A DNA stretch of 64,000 bases from Ginglymostoma cirratum (Eukaryota), in contig JAHRHZ010000047.1 in NCBI GenBank assembly GCA_024137785.1, forward strand, positions 10,831,735 through 10,895,734, read 5' to 3'. The notes beneath the pieces were generated by a model. That model saw nothing but the letters and a program-made list of their open reading frames with translations, was not told the DNA's origin and did no database searches. Of the stretch, positions 1 through 13,028 are shown piece after piece. A program made the translations under genes and the position numbers. The stretch's first letter is position 1. Every line of letters starts with the position of its first letter.

Positions 1-322
1 GAGAAGTCAATTACCAGGGAGCAAAGATTAACAAGACTGGCATCTGTATCGAGTGGTTTTGGGGGCGATGGAGCAAAAGGAAAACATTTCCTCCCAAAAG
101 ATGATGGATAGCTTGGATTTGTTGCCCAGTTTGGTGTCTGTGGGATAAACCTGCAAATAATCTAAGAAGAATGTGGATCTGCACTCGATGTGCTACAACC
201 TGCAAGGCTATGGACCAGGTGCTGGAATGCAGAAATAGAATGGGGAGGGCTAGGTCATTTAGCTGGCACAGGTATGAATTGCTGAATGGCCCATTTCTGC
301 AATGTAACTTTTCTACGGTCTA
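1..322 (+). mobile_element. LINE (CR1-like) 3' end
   Basis: GGCTATGGACCAGGTGCTGG..GCTGAATGGCC..TTCTACGGTCTA resembles the other CR1 tails in the window. Confidence 0.6.
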
Positions 323-1383
323 TACTAAAGTACCCAGGGACTTTTTACTGAGTGAACAGACTGAAGCACATGACCCTCGTTTACATTCAAGCACCCACCA
401 TGCCAACCCCTCCGCCTTCTCTGCCTCCCCACTCCTTCACTGTCTGCAATTACCGCAGTCAGGCTTCACTAAGCACCTTCTAATACATTTATCTTTATTC
501 AGAAATATATAATTGCACTACAGCTAGTTTCTGTCAAAGACTGATTTATAATGACCACAAATATGTTCCCCATGCACTCACAATGTTGGTCTACCTCAAC
601 CACGTTCAACAACTTAGTGATGATTGGAACTGTGATGAGAACAATTTAGAACTGTGTTGATCTGTCTCAAGGTGCTTTTGTCGGGGGGGGGGGGTTGGTT
701 TCAGCCAGTGCAGCACACTGTAGAGGTGAAGCCATGAGCAGTACCTGAATCATCCGGTATGAGGACCTAACACACACAGCCACGGCATCACAAATACAAA
801 GGCACCTGGCCTAAAACCTCGCTAAATCTAAATCTAGTTAAAGTCCTTCTTCACAATTGAAGTGCAAAGACGTATATTGTTGCAATACAATTGAGGGTGG
901 ACCTAAGGAGAGAGCAGCTTATTCATACTCTGGTTCGAGTGCTACTTTGCTGGTGATGAGAGAATCCCGATGGCCTCTTCAGTTACCAATTTTATTTTGG
1001 ATGAACGATCAACATTGAGGCTAGAGGAAAAAAAATGTCAAAATGTGGTTCCACCGGCACCTCATTGGGTGACACCCGAAAGTTGCAGAGTTAATCTGTA
1101 CTGATTTAACTGGTCTTAGTGCTACAAATGATTAGTCAGGGAAAGGAAAAAAAATAAGCTATTCAATTCTAGGATATGTATTCAAGATGAATCAAGATCT
1201 GCCCAGTTTGCAATGCCCAGCACGGGGAAGTTGCTAAAAATTACTAAAAATCCGTTAAGCAGAGAAAAATAGATGGATGAAAAAAAGGACAAAGTCAATT
1301 TCACAAAACCAACATCTGCCCTAGGCATCCACCTATTCTTGGTCCCCTGCTGGGCTATTCCGTATCACCAGGTGAGCCCTTAC

Positions 1384-1572
1384 TTATAATACTGCTTCTG
1401 TGAGGCTGACATTTCCACCCTCAGAATCTGTTCAACTTTGGCAGGAAGTGATTTTTCAACATCTTTCTTAACTCTGCGCAACAAGAAGGGCTCCAAGACT
1501 CTGTGTAGACTCTGGAAACCATTTTCTCTTCCCTTCCCGTGTTCTTCTTCAAAGTCCTCCCAGGAATCAAAC
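1384..1572 (-). CDS. CHD2: CHD2 exon 17, [18 protein letters not shown]...[35 protein letters not shown]
   Basis: 189 nt, TTGTCTCTAG| acceptor, AA|GTAAGG donor. Later exons lie outside the window. Confidence 0.97.
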
Positions 1573-2286
1573 CTAGAGACAAGAAAAACAATTCAGATGT
1601 CAAGTGCATGTCTGAATGCTTCGAGGAGTAGTGATATGACTGGATACAGCTCCTCCAGCCACGCAGCACTCCACTGGCACTGCAACTGAGAGTCAGCCAC
1701 ATTCTGTGATGCGAGTCCTGGGGCTTAATAAATCATAGAACCCAGGACAATGCCATTTGAACTGCTACGCCTGTGTCAGCTCTGTCACTGAGCTATGACA
1801 TTAACCTCACTCCCCACAACACTCTTCCTCCATACCCTGCACAATTGTCTCAGAGGATGTACAATGAAGAGCTCTGGGGTGTTATTTGTATCAGATGGAT
1901 GCTCATCATCTGTGATAATTAGTCCATGTGTTAAACAGATTATTTAATCTAGACTAAACTATTAATACCTTCACATCCAATCACAGCTGATTAAACGGGT
2001 AAAATAACAGCCGAACCTTTACTCTCCTGACTGCTATGAAGTTACATCAACTAGGAAGTACGTGTCAGGAGATGACTCAATTCAGTTATTAAACAGCTTG
2101 CTACCAGAAGGAGACAACTTGCTGCAAAGAAGTTGGGAGCACAAGGTGACAAAGGGAGCTTTGTACCTGTGGAGCTGGTCTCAGTGTGAACGTGATTAGC
2201 CTGACAGGGATTAATGGGTGGGACAAGTGGTTAACTACACCTTGTAAATCTTTATTAATTGTTGGTTTGGCTGAGAGGTGGCTTAC

Positions 2287-2477
2287 TTTTCAGGCATGAT
2301 GAAGTGCAGGAGTGACCAGAGCTCTTTCAGTGAGTTCTGCAGCGGTGTCCCTGTTATCAGCAGCCGATGGTTGGACCTGAAGTCGATCAAAGTTCGATAC
2401 AAGAGGGAGTCATCATTCTTCAACCGATGAGCTTCGTCCACTCCCAGGAATGCCCAGTTTATACTCCCCAAAACATT
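2287..2477 (-). CDS. CHD2: CHD2 exon 16, DEAH box ([14 protein letters not shown]) and motif III (TGTPLQN)
   Basis: 191 nt, TTTCCTGTCAG| acceptor, AA|GTAAGC donor. Confidence 0.97.
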
Positions 2478-2854
2478 CTGACAGGAAAGAAAAAGACTTC
2501 AATAACAATTAAAGAGTGACATTTCAGCACTGATGGAAACTATTAAGGCTCAGCTGTCCATATCTCAACTAACTCCACGGCAGAGCTTTCTGTTCTAACC
2601 TCAGAATTCTGCTCTTCTTGCACTGTCCACATCTTTGGATGTTTCACTGGTTTCAGCACTTTTCCAAGTTTTGCTGAAATATTATGACGAACCTGGCTTC
2701 ATCAGCTGTTTGTGGTAAAGCATTCCACAACCCCTCAATTTTTTGTTAAAATATTATTTCCACGTGCCCATGTTGAATTTGATCTCCCTTGATGACCGAA
2801 CCAATTTATTCTGAAGGGCTTCAAATTCCCCATCACTGCCTGTGGGTTTATTAC

Positions 2855-2944
2855 CTTATCCTTCAGCAAAATTTCATATGTCGTTATCAATACGTTGAAC
2901 TTCAGTCTCTTTGTCTCAGGGTGTAACCAATCGTATTCTCGGAT
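2855..2944 (-). CDS. CHD2: CHD2 exon 15, [30 protein letters not shown]
   Basis: 90 nt, CTTTCTGTTACAG| acceptor, AAG|GTAATA donor; translated by hand. Confidence 0.96.
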
Positions 2945-3397
2945 CTGTAACAGAAAGTTTTAATTTGTTTTGTGTTGGAAGTCAGTAATTATTAACAATA
3001 TATTGATATATATCAACAGGTCCAGAGTTCTGGACGTTGTACAAATATGTATATCAACAATGTACTGGTCAGACAGCACAAGGTAACAAATGACACCAAT
3101 CTCAGGAATTAGTAGGTTTCACATCCTCAGGTTTTACCTCCTTACAGAATAAGCCCAAGATTAGCTCCTGGAACAACCGGTTAAGACCGGGAGTAACAGA
3201 AAACCAAAAGATCTTTACCTGATCCCATCTAAGCTGTAATACAGAAAGCAATATTACAATATCTCCATACACTTCCTCTTATAGAATGAGAATTTAGGAG
3301 GTGAGAGGGAGAAACTGGTTCACACTCTCAAATCTTTATCACTGTCCAACAGACTGAGGGAAATTTGAGGAAGTGTAAAAAATCATCATTGTCTTAC

Positions 3398-3575
3398 CAG
3401 GCCAGAGGGCTGTTCTCACCGAGAGAAGACTGGTGGTGGTTTAAGCTCAGGGACACCACACCTCAGGTGAGGGGTGAGACTGAGAAGGAGAGTCCTTCAT
3501 GGTAACCTCAGCCTTTGCAGGTATTGAACCCACAATACTGGCATCACCCTGCAGCACAAACCAGCAATCCATCTG
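3398..3575 (-). mobile_element. tRNA-derived SINE, second family, reverse orientation
   Basis: The reverse complement matches the 39474/44532 family (GGGTTCAATACC..CATGAAGGACTCTCCTTCTCA). Confidence 0.68.
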
Positions 3576-4202
3576 AGCTTCAGATAGGAAAACTAGGAGA
3601 GGGGAAAATCATAAATTGCTGGAAAAACTCAGCAGGTATGGTTGCATCTATAGAGGAAAAGAAAAGTTAACGCTACAGGTCCAGTGATCCTTCTTCAGAA
3701 CTCAGACTGTTTCTGGTTTCCAGCATCTGCAAGTTCTAAGTTTTTAAGGTTCTGAAGTTTTTCGTTTAGGACAAAATCACGTTTGATTATACTGTCTTCA
3801 CTTTTGACTAGATGTTTAAAAATGAAATCTCATCTAGGAAATTATCCCAGCTTCCTTTTACTTTTTCATGAGACATGGATATCACTGGCTGGCCAGCACT
3901 TATTACTCATTCCTGTTTTGAACACTCCAAGCCCCACAGAAATACATCTTAGCCTAGTAATGGAGAAATAGTCAGAGGGCACGTATGGCAGTGTAACTAC
4001 GCTGGGGCTCTGACACACACCATCTGGACCCGGAGAAGGAAAACAAATCAAGTTCACAATAAAAGCTTCAGGATGACCACCTACTCAAGACATTATCCAG
4101 TTTCTCAGGCAATGATTAACCTGAAGCACATATTCTGCATTTAACACAATTTCAAATTTCCCGAATCTCCATCATGAGCTTTAAGCAATGTCTTGAACTC
4201 AC

Positions 4203-4419
4203 CGTATTTCGGCTCATGACATCACCGATGTAAACAACCACGTTCATGCTGGGCTCCCAGATTTCGAATTCTCGCTGCCAGGAAGTGACAGTGGACAGAG
4301 GTACAACCAAGAGGAAGGGACCATAGAGCTGATGCTGATTGAATAGGTTTGAGAGGAATGAAATAGTCTGGATTGTCTTACCCAAACCCATTTCATCAGC
4401 CAGGATCACACTGTTACAC
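4203..4419 (-). CDS. CHD2: CHD2 exon 14, Walker A ([13 protein letters not shown])
   Basis: 217 nt, CACACAG| acceptor, ACG|GTGAGT donor; SNF2 motifs I and Ia. Confidence 0.97.
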
Positions 4420-4539
4420 CTGTGTGGGTTTTCAAACAGAAAATGTAAACAGCGAACCTACTGAGCCAAGCGAAGTGTGACATAAATCTAGATTTTAACA
4501 AATGAAACACCAAAACAAAACTGTAAAACCAACTGCATT

Positions 4540-5640
4540 AATACAACTTTGATAAAGTAAGGCATCCCAAGTTGTTTCACAGGGGTAATACAACCCAAAA
4601 TACAACACCCAACCATATATGGGAGATATATGGGCTGATGTGTCAGTCATTTAAAGCACGCTAAGTAGCTCTTTAAGTTCAAAATCTTGCCCAAAGCATT
4701 TGGTTTTGAAGAATGTCTTAAAGGAGGTAAAATGGCAAAGAGGGTCATGGAGGGACATGAACACAAGTGATGGGAATGGTTAAAATCTGGGGCCCTCAAA
4801 AATCCAGAATTGGAGGAACAATGATACTGGAGAATTTTGTGGAGACAGGAGCATGGTTATGCCATAGTGCACTCTTAAAACAAGAATCAAATATTTAAAA
4901 TAGTGTTACTTAGCTAGGAGCCAGTCTAAATCAGCGAGCACAATGACTACAGGTGAATGGAATTTGGTGCAAATTAGGTACTGGGCAACAGAATTTTGGA
5001 TGCGTTCAACTTTATGGAGGGCAGAATGCGAAGGGCAAGCCAGGGTTGCAATGGAATAATCATGTCTGGAAGTTTGAAAACTAAACCACAGCTGAGGATT
5101 TCAGCACGAACTGAAGTACAGAAGAGGCAGGCAATGTTATATGGGTGGAGATACATGGCCTTAATGACAGCATGAAGACACAGCTGAAAGCTCACTCTGA
5201 GTCAAATAAAACTGCGTTGCCAACATTCCATTTCAGTCTCAGGTAAGTGGCTTGGTAGAGGAATGAAATTGTAAGTAAAGGAACAGTTTGTGGTAGTGGC
5301 TAAAGCCAGCTGCTGCAGTCTTCCTAATGTTTAATTGAATGACCTTTCTGCTCCCCCTGCACTGAATGTCAGACAAGCAACCTGACAAGGTAGAGACAAT
5401 GGAGGGGGTCAAAGCAAGTAGTGGTGAGGTAAAATTTGATACAGTCTGTATACTTGTGGAAAATTATGTGGTGTTTCTGAGTGACAGTGGCAAGTGGTGG
5501 CATGTGGATACAAAATGGGTGTGTGTGTGGTGTAGGGCAAGGATAGTTCCTGGGTACTCCAAAGGAAACTGTGTGGAATGGAAAGCAAACCCACTGATGA
5601 CCATTCTTAGGTGCAATTAAATAGACTTGAGTAGAAAGAA
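4540..5640 (-). mobile_element. Ancient L2-clade LINE remnant
   Basis: ORF 5369..5671 reads GVPRNY..IHMPPLATVTQKHHIIFHKYTDCIKFYLTT, a decayed version of GVPQGS..IYMLPLG.IIRKH..FH.YADDTQLYL. Confidence 0.7.
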
Positions 5641-6249
5641 GGAAGTATAGTCCTGCCCAGCAGAATAACAAAGGAGAATTTCCAATGAGTCACAAACTAA
5701 CAGCCTTTTAATAAACCAGTTTTGTTGTTAAAAGGGGTCCGTTTTAGCTGTGGTGTGGCTCATCCTGCAATGGTCCTCATCCTTACCCAGCTTTTACTGG
5801 TTTGCTCCAAATAGCAGTCACATCTGGGTAAACTGCTTTGACAAGCAAGGTCAAACTAGGTGAGGATGGTCCTCTCTTATCCTTGGTGTCTTATGAAATT
5901 TGCTTACCCTAGTTGGCAAAGACTCATCCAGGCAAATTGTATAGAGACAACTCTTCTAGGTCCAACCATCTATAATGCAGCTCATGACCATGTTGAGGAA
6001 GCCATACAGCATGATACAACACAGAAAACAGAAAATGCTGGACAAACTGAGCAGCTTCTCTGGAGAGAAGAACAGAATTCCAAAGAAGTCACATTCGACT
6101 TGAAACATTAACTTTGTTTTGCTCTCCACAAATGCTGTCAGACTTGCCAAGTTTCTCCAGCACTTTGTTGTTATTTCACATCTCCAGCATCCACAGTACT
6201 TTGCTTTTGTTAAGATGCAGGTGACGTTCTGATCTCAAACTACATCTGG

Positions 6250-7425
6250 TGTTGTGAAAGAGAAATCATGTTTAACCAATTTATTGGAGTTTTTCGCGGA
6301 AATAATGTGGATAAAGGGGAACTGCTGGATTAACACTCTAATTAACTTCCAGAAGGTACTGATAAGGTGTCATGTTAAAAGTTATTGCGGAAAATAAATA
6401 GGTGGAGAGGGTAGCACATTAACGTGTACAGAAGATTAGCTAGCTAACAGGAAACAGTAAACATAAATGGGTCATTTTCTGGTTAGCAAGATGCAGTGAA
6501 CGATGAGCCATAGAGGTCAAGACCTCAATGTTGTACAGTTTATATAGAAGACTTGGATGAATGGACCAGAAGTACAGTTGCTAAATTTGCTGATGATAGG
6601 TAAGTTGGAAAGTAATTTGTGAAAAGGACATAAGGAGGTTACAAAGGAATACAGACGGGTTAAGTGAACAAGTTAAGATTTGTAAAATGGCGCAAACTGC
6701 AGGAAAATGCGAAGAAAGAAAGAATGAAAAAGTGAACATATTATCCAAATACTGAGGAATTTCAGAGCTCTAAGGAGCTGACAAATTTGAGTGTTCTAGT
6801 GTAGGAATGGCTAAATGTAAGTGTGCAGGTCCAACAAGTAACTGGGAAAGCAAGGAAAATTGAACACTAAAGTGAGGAAGTTATGCCTCAGTTACAGAGG
6901 ACACTGGTGGTACCACATCTGGAGTACTGTGTCTAACATTGATCTCCTCACTTAAGGAAGGGTGTAAATGCGGTGGAAGCTATCCAAAGGTTTACTAGAA
7001 ATAAGCGGAATGGGCACATTGCTCTTTTTGAGGGAATATCTGACAAACCAGGCTTATGTCTGCTGGAGATTAGAAATGCAAGAGGCGACGTGATTGAAAT
7101 ATACAAGACCCTGAGGGGGTCCTGAAACGGCAGATGTGCAAGGGATGTTTCTTGTTGTGGGACAAACCAGAACTAGTGTCACTATTTAAAATTGAAGGTA
7201 GAAATTATGAGAATATTTTTCTCTCAAAGGGTAGAGTGGCTTTGGAACTCTCTTCTTAGTGGAAGCAGTCAACACATGTTTTTAAGGCAGAGGTAGATGG
7301 ATTCTTGATAAGCAAGGGGGTAAAACAATACAAGGGACAGACAGCAATGTGAGGTAATCAAATCAGCCCTGATCGATATGAACAGTCGTAAGGGGGTAAG
7401 TGTCCTACTCCTGCTCTTAGTTCAC
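6250..7425 (+). mobile_element. Old CR1-clade LINE fragment
   Basis: Degenerate RT segments (GCTAAATTTGCTGATGAT; CCACATCTGGAGTACTGTGT) and a CR1-type 3' tail. Confidence 0.8.
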
Positions 7426-7955
7426 ATACACAATTCTCCCCCAATCCAATCTAATTCATGCACGTCAGTTTCACCATCTTTCTAATGTCATCTGTTTTTA
7501 AAATAAGGCTGGCTGTGAAAAATAGCAATGTATCTAGTTCCTGCCCCCACTGGGTTTGAACTCTACTGAGTCCTGCTCATAGGGGATGAAAGAGTATGAA
7601 TGATATCTTAAGAGTCAAAACACCATTTTTTGTCTGCTGAAGCAGGTGACCTGTGGCGGGATCCAGAGGTAACCATCATTCTCTTGCAGCTCATGTAGGT
7701 AGTCATTTTCCATTTGTGAGCAGAGACGATGTGTTTCAATGAGTGATCTGATGATGGGAAATGCCACAATTGATACTGAGCCTGTCCAAGATCAATATCC
7801 ATACATCTACTGGTCACGGTCACAGAGCTGTGATCCTGCATACCGTATCCCGCCCCTAACACATGAAGACCAGCTATAAACCCCGAAGTGTGGCCCAGGT
7901 GAAATAAAGTCGACCAAATTCATTACACGCTCTTAGATTACATTGAAATCCGTAC

Positions 7956-8080
7956 TTGCACCAGGAGTGAACGAGCCAGTTCAGACCCTCAAGTTGGTAA
8001 TCCCTCAATTCCAAGCCCTCACTGCCGATATAGGAAGGCTGCTTCTTCATGGTAACAAACCTAGGCCTCTGTTTCAAGAC
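7956..8080 (-). CDS. CHD2: CHD2 exon 13, [19 protein letters not shown]...[17 protein letters not shown]
   Basis: 125 nt, CTTTTCAG| acceptor, AA|GTACGG donor; SNF2 Q-motif. Confidence 0.97.
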
Positions 8081-8615
8081 CTGAAAAGCAAGAATTGAGT
8101 TTCCACTTATTTCTTAATACACGAACAAGTGAAGTCCCTTGTGATCAGATAGAAACACAAACTGTCAGCAAATGGATCATTTGATTGAACTGCACAGCAA
8201 ACAAGACATGGAATCCCATGAGATGTCTCACTCACCTCTAGGCATATACCTTGTCAACAGAAAAATACATACAGTATTAATCATGCTTTTGTAACTATTT
8301 TTGGCAAGCACACAGAAACAGTGTCATAAAGAAGAGGAGAAACAAATATTTGGATCTATTATTTCAGTGAACCATTGGTAAAACTAGCTCCTTAGGGAAT
8401 GGATGGATAGCAGACTAAGATATTGGGACCGTAAGGAAATAATATGAGACATGACAGGACAGGCAAACTTGGATCTGTGGTTCCAAAAGTGGACTTTTCT
8501 CACCTTACACAGAGGTTTGTTGTAAACTAAGCAACAGAAATTTGTCAGTACAATTAATCAATACTTTAACATTATAAAACAACTAGTAGGTTTGGCAGAA
8601 GGGGAAATGGACAAG

Positions 8616-9801
8616 CTACTGCGAGAACGTAGAAAGTAATTTATTGGTGATGACGCAATAATTCATACAATGCTGTGGTGTGCCAGGAAGTCCGGGTGAA
8701 GAAGCCTTCAGTCTAGACTAGTAGATGACCCTTCTCCTACATTCCTAGTTATTTGCACTGGGAAGAAAGCTATGAGTAGATATTTAAAGGTAAGAGTAGA
8801 TATTCTTTGAGGAGGTATTGAGCAAGTTAGACAAAGGAAAACCAGTGGACATGATCAATTTGGATTCCCAAAAAGCCTTTGACGAAGTACCTCATGGGAA
8901 GCTGTTAAATAATATAAGCGCCCATGGTGTTAGTGAAGAGCAGTTGAGGACTCTAGGTCTGTACTCGATGGAGTTTTGAAGGATGAGACAGCATCTCATT
9001 GAAACTTACAGAATACTGATAGGCCTGGATATACTGGATGTTTAGAAGACGTTTCCACCAACAGGAGAGACTAGGACTCGAGCGGACAGTGTCAAAAAGG
9101 GATGTCCCTTTAGAACTGACATGAGGAGGAATTTCTCAACCAGAGGTGGTTAATCTGTGGGACACGTTGCCACGGAGGGGTGAGGAGGCCAAGTCATGGT
9201 TGTCTTTAAGACAGAGATAAATAGGCCCTTGGTTGGGAAAGGGAACAAGGGTTACGGGAAGAAGGGAGGAAAATGGGGCTGAGAAACGTCAGCCACGATC
9301 AAATGGCAGAGCAGACTCAATGGGCCGAATAGCCTAATTCTATTTCTTATGGTCTTACATTTAAAACCGTGAGGAGTTTTAACAAAGTAAATGGAGGATT
9401 TTTGAGTTTAGTGAGAAATGGTAAATTGAAAACTGTCAGATAGTGAAAGATGTGGTTAACAGAAATTGCTTCTTACGATTATTATTAAATGAACTGTTTT
9501 GCTTCAATCAGCATATGAAGCAGTGAACATTAAACTGTTTAAAGGAAGAGTAAAACATTTGATTCAGACAAAGAGGGCTATTCAAATAAAACAGGATACA
9601 GGGAATAATTTTTGATTGCTCTAAAAGCATTAGGTACAGATACAATGGGCAAAGCCCACTCCTTTAAACAGCTGCTTCTTTGATGACAACCTACTGCGAG
9701 AACATAGCAAGTAATTTATTGGCGATGAACCAATAATTCATACAGTGCCGTGGTGCGCCAGAAAGTGCTGGTGCCAAGAAGCCTTCAGTTTAGACTAGTA
9801 G
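8616..9801. repeat. Two copies of a ~110-bp element (8616-8724 and 9691-9801)
   Basis: Both copies run CTACTGCGAGAAC...AGACTAGTAG with scattered substitutions and unrelated flanks. Confidence 0.9.
8790..9357 (+). mobile_element. Internally deleted CR1 fragment
   Basis: DFQKAFD-like segment joined to 3'-end CR1 sequence and the tail TTCTTATGGTCTTA. Confidence 0.8.
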
Positions 9802-11527
9802 TTGTTGGCCAGTGCTTGTTACAAGTACTTTCAGTGTCACTCCACTAAGAAGAGCTAAATACAGCCAGTATTCGAAGGCTAATCAATAAGCCCCACCACA
9901 AAAGTGTCCGTGAGGATATTGAGGATAAGGCTCAGGTGTGATCGCTCTGTGCCTACCGAAAGGCAGAGTCCAGTGTGCACTTACTCAACTGGTACCTGTG
10001 CAACAAGTCAGTAACTTCAGGAATGAAGAGAACTATTTTTAACGGTAACACAATCAGGAACACAAAGTCACATTTTCGTTTTCTGAACTGAAGGACCATC
10101 AAAGCATTTTAGATCCAACGCGGATTCATACTCATGCATACCCACCTCTATTTACCATCAATATGCAACTGCACTCTGCTGTAACAGTGCAAGTTGTGGA
10201 AATACACTGGTTGTGCTCTGATTCATACCAAGCTTGACATAATGAACCACTGTGTACAATACCAGCTCAGAACTGGCGCAATATTGCGCAACAAATGGCA
10301 AATGTATCGTGTCTAAGTACATTACTATCAGCATAATTGTAACATTAGGGACAGCACAGTCTGTAACACTCGCACCTTTCAGGCAGAAAGGTGATGGGTT
10401 AACTGGGAACTTGAATGAATCTGCACTGATACACTAATGGAGCACTGAGAGGGTGCTGCATTGTCGAAGGTGCCAAGCTTTGGTATTTGAATGAGAACAT
10501 GAAACTGTGACATCATGTCACTTTTCAAAAACAGACCAATGGAATTCTCCAGCTAATACTGAATACAAGTAGAACATACAATGCTGGAAGACCTAGCAAG
10601 CCAGGCAACATCTGCAGAATGAGAAACAGAATCTGCTTTTAAAGGTCAGTGACCTTTAGTCAGACATGCACAGTAGTCACAGCATTTTGTTTATTCTTAA
10701 GATATCCAGCCACTGCAATATTCTGCTTTATCATTAGAGATCGCCAACTACCCTTTTGGAGACTTGCTATGTGAAAATTGGCTACTAAAAGCACTTCTAT
10801 AGCAGAAGAGGTCAAGAAAGTAATTCATTAATGGACAAGCATCCCAGAACTGAGGACGTTATTTTGTAATATCAAGTCTCTTTAATCTAACCTGCTTGAC
10901 GTTAATTTCCATCTCCCCAGTAAAGCCTCTCTTTGTGACCATTACAATGTATGTCATGAAGTGGCAATGTTAAACTGGGTAAACTGCATCTGGGACTTGT
11001 TTTTGTTCTTTCTGATGCTGAGCATCCAGTGTGTAAATGAACCATGGAAAGTAAGTAGCCCATGGCTCATCTCTGTTTTACACTAAATGGGCTGACCTCA
11101 ACTGAGACAGTAGTAGGTGTGTTATAAATTTTTTGCCATTCATAACAATCTTGAAGGTCCTGCTTGAGAACAAGAGGAAGGTTGGAAAGGCAAGCATTTT
11201 TATTCCCAAAAGTCAAAGAGACTGACACATCATCTCCGGTTTGCCTGAGAAACTGTGCCATTTGTCTAGAGGACTGGAAAATGTTGGTGAGTCTGACACC
11301 CATGTTTAAGAATCAATGTCCTGAGAAGGTGTTGGAACAGAATTTGGAAGCATTGTGGTTAATATTGTGCCTTACATCCATCAATCACAAACTTCACTTG
11401 CTTTTCCACCTTATTTTGAACAGTGAACATGTAACATGCAAGTGAAAACCAGCCATATTTTTAACTGTAATGTATTAAATAAAAACACATTTAACACAAA
11501 CGTGGTACCTTCGCATATGACAATCAC

Positions 11528-11709
11528 CTTGCAGTCTTTCGAGGGAATAGTTTTGGAATTATGACGGCTATGGAAGGCATCGATGCACGCCTGGAATTTT
11601 CTGGAAATAAGAGCTCCATCCTCCCAGCTGCAGTCCACATATGGCAAACCCATCCACTTACACAGGTAGTCTGGCTGGCCAGAGGATGATGTTTTATGGC
11701 TGGAATGTG
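11528..11709 (-). CDS. CHD2: CHD2 exon 12, chromodomain 2 ([19 protein letters not shown])
   Basis: 182 nt, TCCCTATAG| acceptor, AAG|GTGATT donor. Confidence 0.96.
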
Positions 11710-13028
11710 CTATAGGGATAAATATGAGTCAAAATCTCAGTGCTACTATACAGTTTACTACAAACAGCTACTAAGTTTACAAAAACACATTTATTGCTCA
11801 TCCTTAGGTGGACGGAAACCACTGGCAGGAATGTGAAGCTGTGGCAGAGGGCAAGCTAAAAGTCAACTGTGTTAATTGGGAGTCACATACAGGCCAGGAA
11901 GGGAAAACAGGTTTCTGTCCCTAAAGGGCAACAGCAAACAGTTAGTGTTGTTTACCCGGAGCCAGTTTTGCAGTCACTTAATTCTAAAAGTTTTAGACGA
12001 AATTCAAGTTCTTTAACTGGCAGAGAGGAATTTAAGCTCACTTGTGTATCACCAACACAGACCTAAGGACTACAGCACCTGGAACATAACTGCTAGAATA
12101 TGAAATACTGCATTTATTTCTCTTAATGTTAAATAAGTCAATTCTCTGGTCTGTCTTATACTTCACATTAGATCATGCAACTCAAATTTAACACACGTCT
12201 GCAAAATTAACATGAGTGATAATTGCATTTTAATTGTACTTATTTGTAGGCAAGTGATGGGCTTGAACTGGGGGTTCACGTGTGCCTTTATGATTTAAAA
12301 AATGCTGAAACTGTGGTTGTTGGGTTAAAATGTGTTTGCTTGTACTGTAAATGTGTAAATAGATGCTTGTAAAAGCATGTAAAGATTGGCCTCAGTTGTA
12401 CCATCCAGCAAAGGCTTTCTGGGATATAAAAGTTATGTAGGGGAGGCCGATGAGCCAGGGTTTCACTGCCAATTGCCATCTCTGTCATCCATTGCTTTAA
12501 AAAGCACATGCAGATGGTGGATTAAAATAAAATCAACGTCAGTTCTGTTGCTTCTTCCTCAATCACACTGTTTGCTGATATTCACACATGCAACGTGACC
12601 AGCTGCGCAAGGTAACAGGAGCAAGGGAATCTTTAAATGGGATGTTTTGCGGAAGTTTATGTCATAATGCACAAAGCAGCAATCCCTTGGGTGGTTTCCT
12701 TTGGATTCCACCCACACTCTGATCCCGGGGCATCAACAGAAAAAGAACATGTTGACAACCTGGCAGATACCAAAATGATATGTGCTTAACACTGACATGA
12801 AGGCTCGCTCCAGAGAAAGCACAGTCAACCTGCACACCTCTTAATCCACAGAGCAGTTAGAACGTGAAACTCTACCAAATGAAGTCATCAAGACAGGTTT
12901 ACATAGCTACCTTTACGGTGAAGCTCAATATATAGACTACGGAGAAGGGAAGAGCTGGATGGATGGAATGGCCTATTTCTTTGTTGCAAGGGTGGCATGC
13001 ATTGGCACACTTGTCAGTACATAACTAA

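Noticed and set aside
8236-8249. 14-nt cryptic exon (AAG|GTATATGCCTAGAG|GTGAGT) in intron 12
   Set aside because: The AAG acceptor is weak and such combinations arise by chance; there is no other support.
8616-8724. Intronic snoRNA or scaRNA
   Set aside because: No terminal C/D boxes or ACA tail on the host-gene strand. The GTGATGA is central, on the antisense strand, and altered in copy 2.
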